DNA from: a virus
Taxonomy: Duplodnaviria; Caudoviricetes
Length of the DNA stretch: 64,000 nt
Strand: one strand, 5' to 3'
IMG/VR virus record: IMGVR_UViG_3300038679_000357
Span: 32,001-96,000 of that record
Below are positions 16,677 through 26,920 of the stretch, piece by piece (the first letter of the stretch is position 1; each line of letters begins with the position of its first letter). The notes under the pieces are model-generated. The model was not told the DNA's origin, searched no databases, and saw only the letters and a list, made by a program, of their open reading frames with translations. Both the position numbers and the translations under genes were made by a program.

Positions 16677-17573
16677 TCAGTTCGAGAATGCCTGATCATA
16701 AAACGCCTGAGAGTTTCTTTCCATGCGTCCAACAATACCGCGATTGTTGACTTTTTTGCCTTTATTTACTAAGTCTCGTGTCTTAATGTACTCACGATGA
16801 TTAAGGTATTCTTCCGATGCATCTTCCCATTGTCTGGCATTCATCAGCGCAATGGTTTTGGGACCTAAGTCACCACGGAAAAGAGCGTCAATAATAGCGT
16901 TTTTTGTCTGTTGCCTGAGACCTTGGAAGTCATGTATTCTCCTATTGGCAATTGCCAATTTTGATTGGACATCTTCCGTAAACAGGGCGATTTCCTGGTC
17001 TCTGGTCAGCTTCTGCTTTTTAGACAATATGGCGTTATAGTCCACTGAATCGCCAAATAACCGTTCAAAGATAGCGCGACTTCGATCGGTCAGCAAGTGT
17101 CCAATGCCGATTGTTGGAAGTCCATACGAATCGTTGTACACCTGTCCATGTCCAGTTCCTTCATTACTGGATATGTAGTTAAATAATGAGGTGTAATCAA
17201 TATTCCCAGAAGATGGCAGAGCTGGGGTTGTAGGCGTCGCTGTAGTTTCTTTCTTTTCAGATGGAACATCAAGCGATTTCCAATCCAACTTTTCGTCTTC
17301 AATTAAAGATTCAAGCTCTTTCACATTTATCGGCTTTGAGGAAGTTACTGAATCAGACACTCTTTCGACCACTTCCGCCCATTTTGCACCACTATATCCG
17401 GCAATAGCCAATGCGGAAATCACTGCGCTAACAGCGATCCCAGATTTAATTGCCTTAACAATAGCGTCAACGACTGACTTCCATCCCTTTGCCGAATACC
17501 TGCAAACGAATAGCTCCCTGGAAAATGATTCCAGGGAGCTGTGCTTATTGTAGCTGTTCAGCCAACAGCCCAC
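16677..17573 (-). CDS. Lysozyme-like muramidase (T4L/GH24 type) with N-terminal hydrophobic segment
   Basis: NEG...VYND.YGLPTIGIGH catalytic E/D/T triad; hydrophobic IAVSAVISALAIAG; GTG start at 17573 after GAGG preferred. Confidence 0.8.
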   Translation of the reverse strand: MGCWLNSYNKHSSLESFSRELFVCRYSAKGWKSVVDAIVKAIKSGIAVSAVISALAIAGYSGAKWAEVVERVSDSVTSSKPINVKELESLIEDEKLDWKSLDVPSEKKETTATPTTPALPSSGNIDYTSLFNYISSNEGTGHGQVYNDSYGLPTIGIGHLLTDRSRAIFERLFGDSVDYNAILSKKQKLTRDQEIALFTEDVQSKLAIANRRIHDFQGLRQQTKNAIIDALFRGDLGPKTIALMNARQWEDASEEYLNHREYIKTRDLVNKGKKVNNRGIVGRMERNSQAFYDQAFSN

Positions 17574-17580
17574 GACATCC

Positions 17581-17880
17581 TCAGTATACAACAGTAGATG
17601 ACGCGGCTTCGACCACCTTACGGGGAGTCTTCTTCTGAAGACCGATCATATGCTGGTTGAACCAGTTTCCCTGATTATTGACCTTGACGACTCCGCCAAC
17701 AGTCAACGTTTCATTGGAATACTGCATCACGCCAGACTTGGTTACATCACCAACAACAACCTTGGCTGCAACGGATTTTACGTCTTCCAAGGTCGCTTTT
17801 GCCTGAGCGGCAGAAGAGGAGAAGTTAAACTTCTTGTCGTCCGCATAATCAGCCATAGCTGCAAGAGTTTCAAAAATCAT
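17581..17880 (-). CDS. Hypothetical protein
   Basis: 99-aa ORF with SD GGAGGG. Confidence 0.7.
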   Translation of the reverse strand: MIFETLAAMADYADDKKFNFSSSAAQAKATLEDVKSVAAKVVVGDVTKSGVMQYSNETLTVGGVVKVNNQGNWFNQHMIGLQKKTPRKVVEAASSTVVY

Positions 17881-17967
17881 GGATACCCTCCATTGTTTTC
17901 ACTTCGACATATGGTCAAAAACCATCAAGAAAGATCTTCTACAATCGACCTTCGGAATCCTCTTTTC

Positions 17968-18708
17968 TTAAACTTCACGCACAGAAACCCACTTTACCAG
18001 GTCTCGTATTGCTGCCGCCCACTCCAACATCCCCTCATACGAAACAACGAATAATTGATTGGACATTTCCGGGTCAAATGTTTGGTGCAACGTATAATAC
18101 TGCAATACATACGGATAATCACGACCAATCAAACCAGCAACCTCTTTAATCACATTAAAATCAACAAATTTCGAACAACATGTCGTTCTAAACTCGCAGG
18201 CTAAAGCACTCTTAGCGACTTCCATAGACGACAGAATTTTTTCTACGACTTTTACGTCTCCAGTCCCGCACACCTGCATATATTTTTCAATCGATGATGG
18301 CGAAGTCTTAATGTCCATAACGATATGATCAACCAAACCATCCGTTACCACTTCGCGCAATCTTTCTGGAAAAGTCCCATTTGTTGCTAGGGCGACTTTC
18401 ATTTTTCTAGCTTTGATTTCTTGCAAGAGATTTGGCGTATTAACATTTGAAAGAGGTTCGCCACCGGAGACAAATAACCATTTTTCCATAGCGGCAAAAT
18501 GCTCGTTAACAATAGCGATAGCATCCAGACGCCCGAGTCCATCTCCTATAATAGCTCGATTAATACAATATGGGCATCGAAGATTACATCCGCCAATAAA
18601 TATCCCAGGCATGGTTATCGTTGGATTACCGATCATGGCAATCGGCGTAACACCAGCCACGGGTGGCATGTGTCCATTACCGTATTTTTTTAGCAGCTCT
18701 GTCGACAT
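17968..18708 (-). CDS. nrdG: Radical SAM protein, anaerobic ribonucleotide reductase activase-like
   Basis: GGCNLRCPYC (CxxxCxxC), VSGGEPL, LATNGT, MDIK, EFRTT, YVLQ. Confidence 0.8.
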   Translation of the reverse strand: MSTELLKKYGNGHMPPVAGVTPIAMIGNPTITMPGIFIGGCNLRCPYCINRAIIGDGLGRLDAIAIVNEHFAAMEKWLFVSGGEPLSNVNTPNLLQEIKARKMKVALATNGTFPERLREVVTDGLVDHIVMDIKTSPSSIEKYMQVCGTGDVKVVEKILSSMEVAKSALACEFRTTCCSKFVDFNVIKEVAGLIGRDYPYVLQYYTLHQTFDPEMSNQLFVVSYEGMLEWAAAIRDLVKWVSVREV

Positions 18709-18955
18709 CTTTTTCCTCATACCCCTTCTTAAAAACAATTCCACTCACAAAAAACGACGGTAGATCATCCAGTCCATACGCTTCTGCAAGTTTAGACGCC
18801 TCGTCTGGATCATGTTCATACACTACCTCTATAAACGAAATACTGATCTTCCTGTTTGCAAAGTCAGAAGTCAAACGAGATTTCAACTCGCCACACTCTT
18901 TACAGCCATCAGATATGATCCCGACGGCATTAACATATCTCACGCTATCATTCAT
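18677..18955 (-). CDS. Thioredoxin/glutaredoxin-like protein
   Basis: CKEC motif after a beta strand; LPSF cis-Pro motif; next to the NrdG-like gene. Confidence 0.7.
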   Translation of the reverse strand: MNDSVRYVNAVGIISDGCKECGELKSRLTSDFANRKISISFIEVVYEHDPDEASKLAEAYGLDDLPSFFVSGIVFKKGYEEKDVDRAAKKIR

Positions 18956-19193
18956 GCTGAATCTGCACCTTTAATCCACGCCATCTGTCATACAGCGCTG
19001 CTACCTTACTAAGCTCTTTTGCCTTATCCATTCCCGGCTTATAAGAATAATGTCCTTCTGGAAGTGAAAATTGACAGTCACGTCCATTCAAATCAAGATC
19101 AAACACTATCGACATTTTCACTTCATCGAAGTAAACTCTCTTTAAAATACCCTCAGCAGAAGTTGAAGGTTTATTTTCCGACATCCAAATCAC
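18948..19193 (-). CDS. Hypothetical protein
   Basis: 81-aa ORF overlapping both neighbours. Confidence 0.6.
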   Translation of the reverse strand: MIWMSENKPSTSAEGILKRVYFDEVKMSIVFDLDLNGRDCQFSLPEGHYSYKPGMDKAKELSKVAALYDRWRGLKVQIQHE

Positions 19194-19929
19194 CCATCAA
19201 TGCGCGTTCAAACTTTTCCAAATAATCCTCTGCCTGCTCCTTTGTGCAAGCAAGGAAAAATGTAGACAAAGTAGAAAGGCGATCTTCTCCAAGATACTTA
19301 GCAAGTGCCCAATCATGAATCGTTCGATAATTGTACCGCTTGTCGATCTTGGCTTGATCATAACCGTAAACGACCATATCAATAGTGTCAAGCTGACTAA
19401 ATAAGTCGTCAATCGTTTCCTTCGAAGGAACACCTGCCGGATTAACAACATGACGACACTGTACATTCAATGGCAACGACTTCTTTTCAAATCCAGTCGC
19501 TTCAATAAACCGCGTCACACGCTTCTCATACGCCTCTTGACTCCATTGCCCGTAGACTCGGCAATTCAATGGTCGATCATCATACTCCATGCATCCTGGA
19601 AGACCATCTACACCTCGTCCGAGAAGAGGACATGGATTAACCATGCTGTTACTAAAGAAATAACGCATGCACTTGACGATAAATTTCTTTCTATCCATAT
19701 CAAGCCATGAAGACCAGATCTTATCCAGAATAGTGGCTGCTTCGCATTGATTCATTTGAGGACACGCCACCATACAGCATGTGCATTGGCGACAACAAGT
19801 CGTGTCAAGTGGAGAAGATCCATATACAGCTTGAATCTTCTGTCGCATTGTCACGACTTTACCAGAAGATTTCCGCACAGTTTTATGAACTTTTCGACTA
19901 ACGATCTTCCTCTTCCTACTTTTTGCCAT
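19171..19929 (-). CDS. YkgJ-family cysteine-cluster protein
   Basis: CCRQCTCC...CPLL...C.EY..RPLNCRVYG; basic N-terminal tail. Confidence 0.8.
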   Translation of the reverse strand: MAKSRKRKIVSRKVHKTVRKSSGKVVTMRQKIQAVYGSSPLDTTCCRQCTCCMVACPQMNQCEAATILDKIWSSWLDMDRKKFIVKCMRYFFSNSMVNPCPLLGRGVDGLPGCMEYDDRPLNCRVYGQWSQEAYEKRVTRFIEATGFEKKSLPLNVQCRHVVNPAGVPSKETIDDLFSQLDTIDMVVYGYDQAKIDKRYNYRTIHDWALAKYLGEDRLSTLSTFFLACTKEQAEDYLEKFERALMGDLDVGK

Positions 19930-19954
19930 AGCCGTCCTCTCTTTGTTTTCAACA

Positions 19955-19965
19955 ATTATACAACG
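19955..19965 (-). promoter_or_regulatory. Recurrent putative promoter CGTTGTATAAT
   Basis: 26 nt upstream of the ATG at 19929. Confidence 0.7.
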
Positions 19966-20558
19966 CGCTTAATGCGTTTGACGGTTGGCTTTGGGCAAAA
20001 ATCTTCACTCTGACTTTTTTCATTTTGCTTCGCTTTTTCTTTTTCTTCCGCTAGTTTTTTCTCTTCATCCTTGAGTGAAGCACGTTTATTAAAGTCTTCT
20101 TTTGCATCATCAACAAGAGACTGATATTTGTTTTTTGCCTTATTAACCGTATTGTCTAACGAATACTCGTCTTCTTCAAGTACCTCGTCATCAGCACTCG
20201 CTTTGATATCATTATAAATTTCAAGTGCAACGGTATAATCATCACAATTGTCCGACATCAATATTTCATTCAAAAAACAATGGTATTCATTTTCTTTCAT
20301 CATTTCCTTAATACGAGAAAGCATGATTCTGACGCATTTTTCCCTATACGGGAACAAAGCATCTCGAATCGCGCCAGAAAGATTGCATTTAGGCATGGGC
20401 TCCGGGTCGACAGCGCTAACGATCATATTAATTGAATCATCAATAATAGTATCGCAATTTTCCATCCAGGAAATAAAATCGTAATCCTCCTGCGTTGTTT
20501 TCAATTCATTAAATTTCGCAGTAACGATCGACATCATATTTTTACTTTTTTCCGACAT
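19956..20558 (-). CDS. Hypothetical protein
   Basis: 200-aa ORF 3 nt after the sbcC-like stop. Confidence 0.7.
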   Translation of the reverse strand: MSEKSKNMMSIVTAKFNELKTTQEDYDFISWMENCDTIIDDSINMIVSAVDPEPMPKCNLSGAIRDALFPYREKCVRIMLSRIKEMMKENEYHCFLNEILMSDNCDDYTVALEIYNDIKASADDEVLEEDEYSLDNTVNKAKNKYQSLVDDAKEDFNKRASLKDEEKKLAEEKEKAKQNEKSQSEDFCPKPTVKRIKRVV

Positions 20559-20561
20559 TTC

Positions 20562-22931
20562 TCACCTCAGTTGTTTGATATTGCTAATGCCATCGATCTT
20601 ATCGACCAAAAGCGAAACGGGGAATCTCTCTTTCAATGTTTCGTCGTGGGTGATGACGCATATTCTCTCGAAATTTCGATTCAGCCGGTCAAGCAGCTTG
20701 AATACATTGTCCTTGGTGCTGATATCCAATGAAGCAAACACTTCATCAAGGAATATCATATCTGGGATATCTGATGCGCCGCCAATAGATAACATACTCA
20801 ATGCCATATTTACCGACAGACGCACCGCTTCTTTTTCACCGCCGCTTAATAAACCAAACACCGGGGCAGACCCGCCAATTAAACTAATTGCCAAGCCAGA
20901 ATCGCCACTGAACTGCATTCTGATCGTACTTTTTAATACAGCAAGAAATTCATTCGTGTAAAGTGTAATCAAAGGGATACACGACTCGGCAGATTCAACT
21001 TTGATTTTGTTGGAAAGGAGTTTATCAAAATACATGATCTGCGCCATCTTTTTTGAAAGACGATTAGACTCTTCCTGTGCCGCCTTTAAGTCAGCTTCAT
21101 CTTTTCCAATTGACGCCAATCTTTCATCCGCCTTAATGATACTAGACTGCAATGACAATCGCTCCGAATCACATCCAGCCGCTTCCGACTGCACAGAAGA
21201 TACTCTGGAATTAATTTCCTCAACCTTCTTAGTTGCCTTAACGATATCTGCGTTGGCTGCTTCTAAAGATTTATCAAGAGATTGCTTTTCAATGTCGAAC
21301 GTCCTGGATTTATTAATGATCTCCAGGCGCACTGCCTCAACATCCTGCTGAGCTGATGATTTAGATAAAATTACCGCCATTTCACGCTCTTTTATATTTG
21401 CCGCCTCCTTTTTACAAAACTCCACATCAAACACGGCAGCCTTCACGCGCTCTTCATCCGCAGCGATCACAGGTTCATCAGATAACTTTGATTCAAATGC
21501 GATCAACTTATCTTGCACATGCTTCAATGACGCTTCTGCGGCGCGATATCGGGTATCGATATCTGGTTTTTTACCAACCCACTCGGCAATCTTCAATGCA
21601 ATAGCCTTTTCTTCGTCTTCTAAGGCAGTAGAATTCAATTCAGAGCCACATTTATCGCAAGTGACGGCTGTATCAGGCTTGGCTCCAGATTTAAGCGCCT
21701 TGATGTTCGTTAGCCTTGTTTCAAGCTCGGCGATCTTAGCTTTTACTTCTGCAGCGTCTGACTTTATCGAAAAAATCGTTTCTTTAAGTGAGTCAGCAGA
21801 TTTTTTCAAATCTACAGTCGATTCTTTAGCTGCTGTTACAACATCTTTACGAGATTTAATAGAAGCGTTGGTGATTTTTTCTATTACAGAAAGAGACTTT
21901 GAATATCTCTCCTGAAATTCCTTTTTCGTCTTTTCAATGCCAGAAATCTCATTCTCAATCTTCGTTAGCGCCTCTGTATTTTTATCAAGACGCTTCTTTG
22001 CGTCTTCAATAGCCTTCTCCATATTTTCTTTATTGACTTTGATCTTTTCTTTGACCATCAATAATTTTGACGAAGCCTCTTGAGATTCCTTCAACAAACC
22101 ATCGCGCTCCATCAATAGAGAGGTATATCTAGTGTTGATGTCGATCAACTTTTTAGAAAGAGCATCCATAGCGATTGCGGCATCCATCTTCTGCTTTCTA
22201 ATAACGTCAGGAGACGCCGTACTCATTCTTGAAAGGAATACATCTAATCTGCCATTGTTGACTTTTTGACTGTCCGAAGTTTCCTTTTTCCAAACATCGC
22301 GAAGAACCTTAATCATATCATCAATGACATTAACGCCGCGCAAGTCCATTAAAATATCCTTTCGGTCATTATCTGTACCTGAAAGGAATTTGCCGATGTT
22401 ATTCTGCGCAAAGAAAGTGCTATTCAAAAATGACTGATAATCGACTCCGATTAACTTCTCCAAACGTCTTTTATGATCTTCTTTGTTGCCAGACTCAAGC
22501 AACTCTTCCGATCCAACTTTCACGACCTCCATAATGGGAGACATTTTTCCAGATTTTGCGATATTACGCCCGCGCTTCAGTCGCCAGTGCTCACCATCTT
22601 TTGACTCAAAAATGACCTCAACATAAGCATCTCGAATATCGCTTGGAATTGTTCCATCCTCATTACACCGAACAATTTCAGAAACAACAGTCCCTTTTCG
22701 ATCTGAACTTCCCTCCGCCATAATACGAGGAAGTTTTTCAAAAAAAGCCCAATAAATCGCCTCGCCAACGGAAGATTTACCAGCACCATTTGACTTTCGC
22801 GTATCGCCGTCTGTCGCTCCAGAAATCATCGCAATAGAAGAACCATTAGTAAATAAAGAGTCGAAATCAATGAAGTTATTTTCATTACCAAATCGAAAAA
22901 CGTTGTGCAATTTTACTGAAATAATTCTCAT
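20562..22931 (-). CDS. sbcC: SbcC/Rad50/gp46-like SMC ATPase
   Basis: NGAGKSS Walker A, coiled coil with CDKC zinc hook, LSGGEK, FLDEVF, ITHD; start MRIIS overlaps the sbcD stop. Confidence 0.93.
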   Translation of the reverse strand: MRIISVKLHNVFRFGNENNFIDFDSLFTNGSSIAMISGATDGDTRKSNGAGKSSVGEAIYWAFFEKLPRIMAEGSSDRKGTVVSEIVRCNEDGTIPSDIRDAYVEVIFESKDGEHWRLKRGRNIAKSGKMSPIMEVVKVGSEELLESGNKEDHKRRLEKLIGVDYQSFLNSTFFAQNNIGKFLSGTDNDRKDILMDLRGVNVIDDMIKVLRDVWKKETSDSQKVNNGRLDVFLSRMSTASPDVIRKQKMDAAIAMDALSKKLIDINTRYTSLLMERDGLLKESQEASSKLLMVKEKIKVNKENMEKAIEDAKKRLDKNTEALTKIENEISGIEKTKKEFQERYSKSLSVIEKITNASIKSRKDVVTAAKESTVDLKKSADSLKETIFSIKSDAAEVKAKIAELETRLTNIKALKSGAKPDTAVTCDKCGSELNSTALEDEEKAIALKIAEWVGKKPDIDTRYRAAEASLKHVQDKLIAFESKLSDEPVIAADEERVKAAVFDVEFCKKEAANIKEREMAVILSKSSAQQDVEAVRLEIINKSRTFDIEKQSLDKSLEAANADIVKATKKVEEINSRVSSVQSEAAGCDSERLSLQSSIIKADERLASIGKDEADLKAAQEESNRLSKKMAQIMYFDKLLSNKIKVESAESCIPLITLYTNEFLAVLKSTIRMQFSGDSGLAISLIGGSAPVFGLLSGGEKEAVRLSVNMALSMLSIGGASDIPDMIFLDEVFASLDISTKDNVFKLLDRLNRNFERICVITHDETLKERFPVSLLVDKIDGISNIKQLR

Positions 22932-24064
22932 ACTTTCACCGCTTCCTTCCAAAGACTATCAGCCATGGTCAAGTAAATAGAACGCTCCTCACCTTCCGGA
23001 AAGTCAGCCTCTATGTTCTTATTAATCATTGAGCGAATATCAAGCTGATCAATAGTTTCGACCTTGCCGCTCTGATTTGTCTTTTCATCGTCTCCATACT
23101 TTACGTCCTGCATGTAAATATGCAGTCCGCCCCTCGCCTTGAATTCACGACGAAGATCTCCAGCGCGACGTTTGATTTCAGCATATTCCGTCTTCTCTCC
23201 AGCGAAATCAATCCTTGCAATATAGCCAGTCCAATCCGTACCATCTGTTATTTCTTTCATCGCCTCATCGTATGACGACGAATAAATTTTCTTCATCGGT
23301 CGATATCCGGTGTACAGAACTCGATCAATTTCCATTGTTTCGGTGTTAAATATCGTAAACCCACGTTCCGTAGAAGTGTCAGTCATATTGTGTCGTTCCA
23401 GGCTACCGACATAATACGCAGGAATATCACATTCCAATCGCTGGAATTTGTGAAAATGTCCAAGAAAAGCGACTTGCGCTCCTGTCGCTAAAATATCAGA
23501 AAGGGCGGCATCAGTGCGGCTTGAATGGACATGATAGTCATTAGAAACGCTACCATTCACGGCGAAATGACCAAAAAACACTACAGGTCCAGTCAGTGCC
23601 GTCCGGTCCTGGACTACAGAATTCACAATCTGCGGAAATGTTTTTACTCCACGCTGTACATCTATGGTATGCGGCACATAAATGCATGAATAGGTTGGTG
23701 TAATCTCAACAATTTCTTTATCAACCACCTTAACTAACTTGTTCCATCCTTCGGATGGCATTAAGGCGTGATGATTATCACACGTATCATGATTCCCGAC
23801 CATGATAACAACCTGAATTTTCGCCGCGACCAACTTCTGAACCTGTCTATTAAACAGTCGTTGAACTGTGTTGACTGGAGCGTGGGTATCATAAACGTCT
23901 CCAGCAATGACCGCTCGATCAATCTTTTTTTCAATACACGAATCAACGAAAAATGAAAGGGCTTTCAATGAATCTACAGTTCGAATAGGAAGTCCAGTAT
24001 CCTTGTCCATCACTCCGTACACTGAGTTATTCAAGTGTAAATCGGCTGTAATAGCCATAATCAT
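22928..24064 (-). CDS. sbcD: SbcD/Mre11/gp47-like nuclease
   Basis: ADLH, AGDVYD, GNHD, GHF, LGHFH, YVGS; ATG at 24064 after GAGAGG. Confidence 0.93.
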   Translation of the reverse strand: MIMAITADLHLNNSVYGVMDKDTGLPIRTVDSLKALSFFVDSCIEKKIDRAVIAGDVYDTHAPVNTVQRLFNRQVQKLVAAKIQVVIMVGNHDTCDNHHALMPSEGWNKLVKVVDKEIVEITPTYSCIYVPHTIDVQRGVKTFPQIVNSVVQDRTALTGPVVFFGHFAVNGSVSNDYHVHSSRTDAALSDILATGAQVAFLGHFHKFQRLECDIPAYYVGSLERHNMTDTSTERGFTIFNTETMEIDRVLYTGYRPMKKIYSSSYDEAMKEITDGTDWTGYIARIDFAGEKTEYAEIKRRAGDLRREFKARGGLHIYMQDVKYGDDEKTNQSGKVETIDQLDIRSMINKNIEADFPEGEERSIYLTMADSLWKEAVKV

Positions 24065-24145
24065 AATAAGTACCTCTCTCTTGCTCGCATTTTGTTGAAA
24101 TATATAGCTCAAAACAAAACGAACAAGCGTAATTGGACTATTTTG

Positions 24146-25180
24146 TTAACCTATAGGAAGATTGCAAAGGAAGCCAGACTCGCGCTTGGAATCGCAAACA
24201 CCTTCCGAAACAATCGATTCAAACTGCTCCTTAAAGCAAAAATATAACCTAATAACCGAAGAAGGAGTGGGCTTCCACCCAGACAACCCAAGAGAGTCTT
24301 TAGCCAGCGTCTGCTGTATTTCAGCCCCAGCACCAACAGATACATGGGCTGATTTCAGCGATCGAAACGCAGAATGTTGATCCTGAAGAGAGGGGTTATC
24401 ATGCGTCGAGTAACATACGGAATAAACATAAGCATCCGCATCATCACTTCCACTTCCTTTTTCGTAAAACTCATCATGAATATCTACGGAAGGAGAGAAA
24501 ATTACATTACCACCCGTAATCCAAACCTTTGAAAAAGACGTGTTGTAGCGAGGTAAAATTGATTCAAAAAACACAAAACCAAATGCTGGAACAACATTAT
24601 CCCTGCCGATAACAATCGACGCAATATCGCGGCGATCGTCATCTGTGAAAAAGAATTGTCGAACCGAACCATTCGGCTGCCGGAACCCATCCCACCACAT
24701 CGCGCCTGAATCAAACGTAATGTAATTCTGAGGAGTCCACTCATATCCACATTCCTTGCAAAATAAACCATTTACAAATGGCGTTCCATGAACCGGACAG
24801 CATTTCTCATATGATTCAAGATGCGGTCCAGTCATCTTCATCCCAGTAATTGGGTTCATACCCTTAACGGACGGAACAACCGCTGTATTCATCGAGTCGT
24901 TTTCACGCCAATCAAACCAGATCCCCCAATCTGTATCGACTGGGCACACAAAACCGCCTTCCTTTATCCATTCTTTTGGGCACCCAGGGAGACAGTCTAC
25001 GGGAAATACTGGTATCGGAACTCCTGGTGGCAAACAATGAGGAGAGCCGGTATCCGCCAATCTTTCCGCCCGCATAATCGACGCCTTGAATCCAAGATGC
25101 TCCATCGTCGTCGTAGCTGCGCGAATTAAAGACGGAGTAGAAAGTGAATAGAACGATTCCATATCAGTCATTCTATACAT
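24146..25180 (-). CDS. Conserved uncharacterised protein with Zn-ribbon-like insertion
   Basis: Motifs LPPG...P..W...GG..P, NPITG, WWDG...G.VRQF, GAG..I.Q; insert CCPVHG...CKEC. Start moved to avoid a 70-nt overlap. Confidence 0.65.
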   Translation of the reverse strand: MYRMTDMESFYSLSTPSLIRAATTTMEHLGFKASIMRAERLADTGSPHCLPPGVPIPVFPVDCLPGCPKEWIKEGGFVCPVDTDWGIWFDWRENDSMNTAVVPSVKGMNPITGMKMTGPHLESYEKCCPVHGTPFVNGLFCKECGYEWTPQNYITFDSGAMWWDGFRQPNGSVRQFFFTDDDRRDIASIVIGRDNVVPAFGFVFFESILPRYNTSFSKVWITGGNVIFSPSVDIHDEFYEKGSGSDDADAYVYSVCYSTHDNPSLQDQHSAFRSLKSAHVSVGAGAEIQQTLAKDSLGLSGWKPTPSSVIRLYFCFKEQFESIVSEGVCDSKRESGFLCNLPIG

Positions 25181-25181
25181 G

Positions 25182-26183
25182 TTAAAAACTCCTATTTCCA
25201 CGCTCACGACGGACATCAATGGGGTCACTCTTTTTAACCCCATCACTGGCACGAATCTTCAATTGCGGAAGGAGGCTGAAAAGAACAAGATCGTTATACA
25301 TCTCTTGTATCTCTGGATACTCACGGGCAAGATCATCCAAACCGCGTCGAGCCAATTCAATGATGGCAGTTACTTCGCTCCTTTTTTCGAATGTATACCC
25401 AGCTTTTACCACAAGTGCAATAAACTGTCGCGCATTCAATTCTACATTCTCCCAACTCTCACGACAGCAATCACAATACGATTCATACAGAGAGACATTA
25501 TTGTGAATAGGGCACAACTCCATATGTGCGGACGGAAATTCCCCAGCACGATATAATTTCAAAACATTTTTTTCCACCTTGAAATTAGCTGGCGGATGAA
25601 TACCGCGCCTGGCGCTACGGAGAAATCCAAGAGTGCGATCAATATTCACGGAAGTGCCATCTCTGTCATTGAAAAGAATAAACGCCATGCCGTGAGCGCG
25701 TTTTTCCAGCTCATCAACAATCTCCTGTTGACAATTCGCCCCATATTCACTTACAAGATCTTCATCTTTCCATTGTCCAACTGGACGAGATTCCGACACA
25801 CACTCAAGCCTGGCTGGAGGAGGAGGAATAACGAGTTTCTCAAACGCCTCCATAACCCTGACGGACATACCCTTGAATTCAGTAGGAACAATTTCAGAAA
25901 ATTTTCCATAGCACAAAAAACGATCCATGCCAGCTACATCATCATCAGAGGAAATACCTAAAGTTGACAACTCCTTAGCAATAGCCGTCATACAGGCATG
26001 CTTGGATATTTCTTTATTGGGGGAGTTTACATTGCGGAAAAGAACTTCAACAGCAGCATTAATACGGGAATTAAGCACGGTAGAATTTGACATGTGAATG
26101 CCCTCAATAGCCTTTTTCTCGGCTTGTTTTGTCGGCTTTCTCACGGCACCACGCCGAGATTTCGCACGACTTTTAGCCTCCAT
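25182..26183 (-). CDS. Hypothetical protein (CPIH...CDCC Cys cluster)
   Basis: 333-aa ORF with basic N-terminus. Confidence 0.7.
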   Translation of the reverse strand: MEAKSRAKSRRGAVRKPTKQAEKKAIEGIHMSNSTVLNSRINAAVEVLFRNVNSPNKEISKHACMTAIAKELSTLGISSDDDVAGMDRFLCYGKFSEIVPTEFKGMSVRVMEAFEKLVIPPPPARLECVSESRPVGQWKDEDLVSEYGANCQQEIVDELEKRAHGMAFILFNDRDGTSVNIDRTLGFLRSARRGIHPPANFKVEKNVLKLYRAGEFPSAHMELCPIHNNVSLYESYCDCCRESWENVELNARQFIALVVKAGYTFEKRSEVTAIIELARRGLDDLAREYPEIQEMYNDLVLFSLLPQLKIRASDGVKKSDPIDVRRERGNRSF

Positions 26184-26223
26184 GATGGAGGTTACAGCAA
26201 TATAGGATCAAAAATTAAGTTTT

Positions 26224-26865
26224 TCAACCACCAACAAAAACATAAAAACTAATTCCTGTCCGCTTCTCTCCGTTCATTTCTGTTTCAATGAAAAGTGGAG
26301 TGCAATATAAATCCTTCCCATGGACTGCGACAAATCCTCGCGCCACAGCAAGTGCCTTAACAGCTTTTCCTATCGAAAGACTTCCAAAACACCTAACCTG
26401 CACTTCACCATGTTCGCGAAGCGCGTTTGCAATCGATCCGGCAAGCTTTCTCATTGCATCTCGCCTATTTTCGCTAGATACATCCTCTCCATCCGCCTTA
26501 ACCCGCAACTGCTTTGTCGATTCAAGTTTTTCCGCCGCATTAAGTTTACCTTCTTCGGCAAAAGTAGAAAAACTCAATCCAGTTTTCACGCCGTCGTCCA
26601 TTTCTGTATCGATAAAGGCGGGGGCGCAATACAAGGAAAGATTATGTTCAAGCATAAATTCCCTGGCAATTGCAAGAGATTTAGCTCCTTTTCCAACCGC
26701 AGAATTACCAAAACACCGAACGGATATTTCACCATTATTACGTAAGGCGTGAACAATAGCTCCAGCTAAATTCCTGGCTGACCGACGCCGATCGTCTCCG
26801 GAAACTCCCTCTGGATCTGCCTTAACCCTGATAATGCTACTATCTTGATTGCCACTATAAGTCAT
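26224..26865 (-). CDS. spoVS: Tandem (two-domain) SpoVS-family protein
   Basis: Two repeats matching SpoVS: LAGAI..AL...GE..V...G..A..KA.KA.A.ARGF...G.DL.C.P.F...E..GE.RT; ATG at 26865 after AAAGGA. Confidence 0.88.
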   Translation of the reverse strand: MTYSGNQDSSIIRVKADPEGVSGDDRRRSARNLAGAIVHALRNNGEISVRCFGNSAVGKGAKSLAIAREFMLEHNLSLYCAPAFIDTEMDDGVKTGLSFSTFAEEGKLNAAEKLESTKQLRVKADGEDVSSENRRDAMRKLAGSIANALREHGEVQVRCFGSLSIGKAVKALAVARGFVAVHGKDLYCTPLFIETEMNGEKRTGISFYVFVGG

Positions 26866-26902
26866 CCGACACATCCTTTCGATTGTTAATTAGATGTGAA
26901 GG

Positions 26903-26913
26903 ATTATACAACG
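26903..26913 (-). promoter_or_regulatory. Recurrent putative promoter CGTTGTATAAT
   Basis: 38 nt upstream of the spoVS-like ATG. Confidence 0.7.
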
Positions 26914-26920
26914 CAAACAA

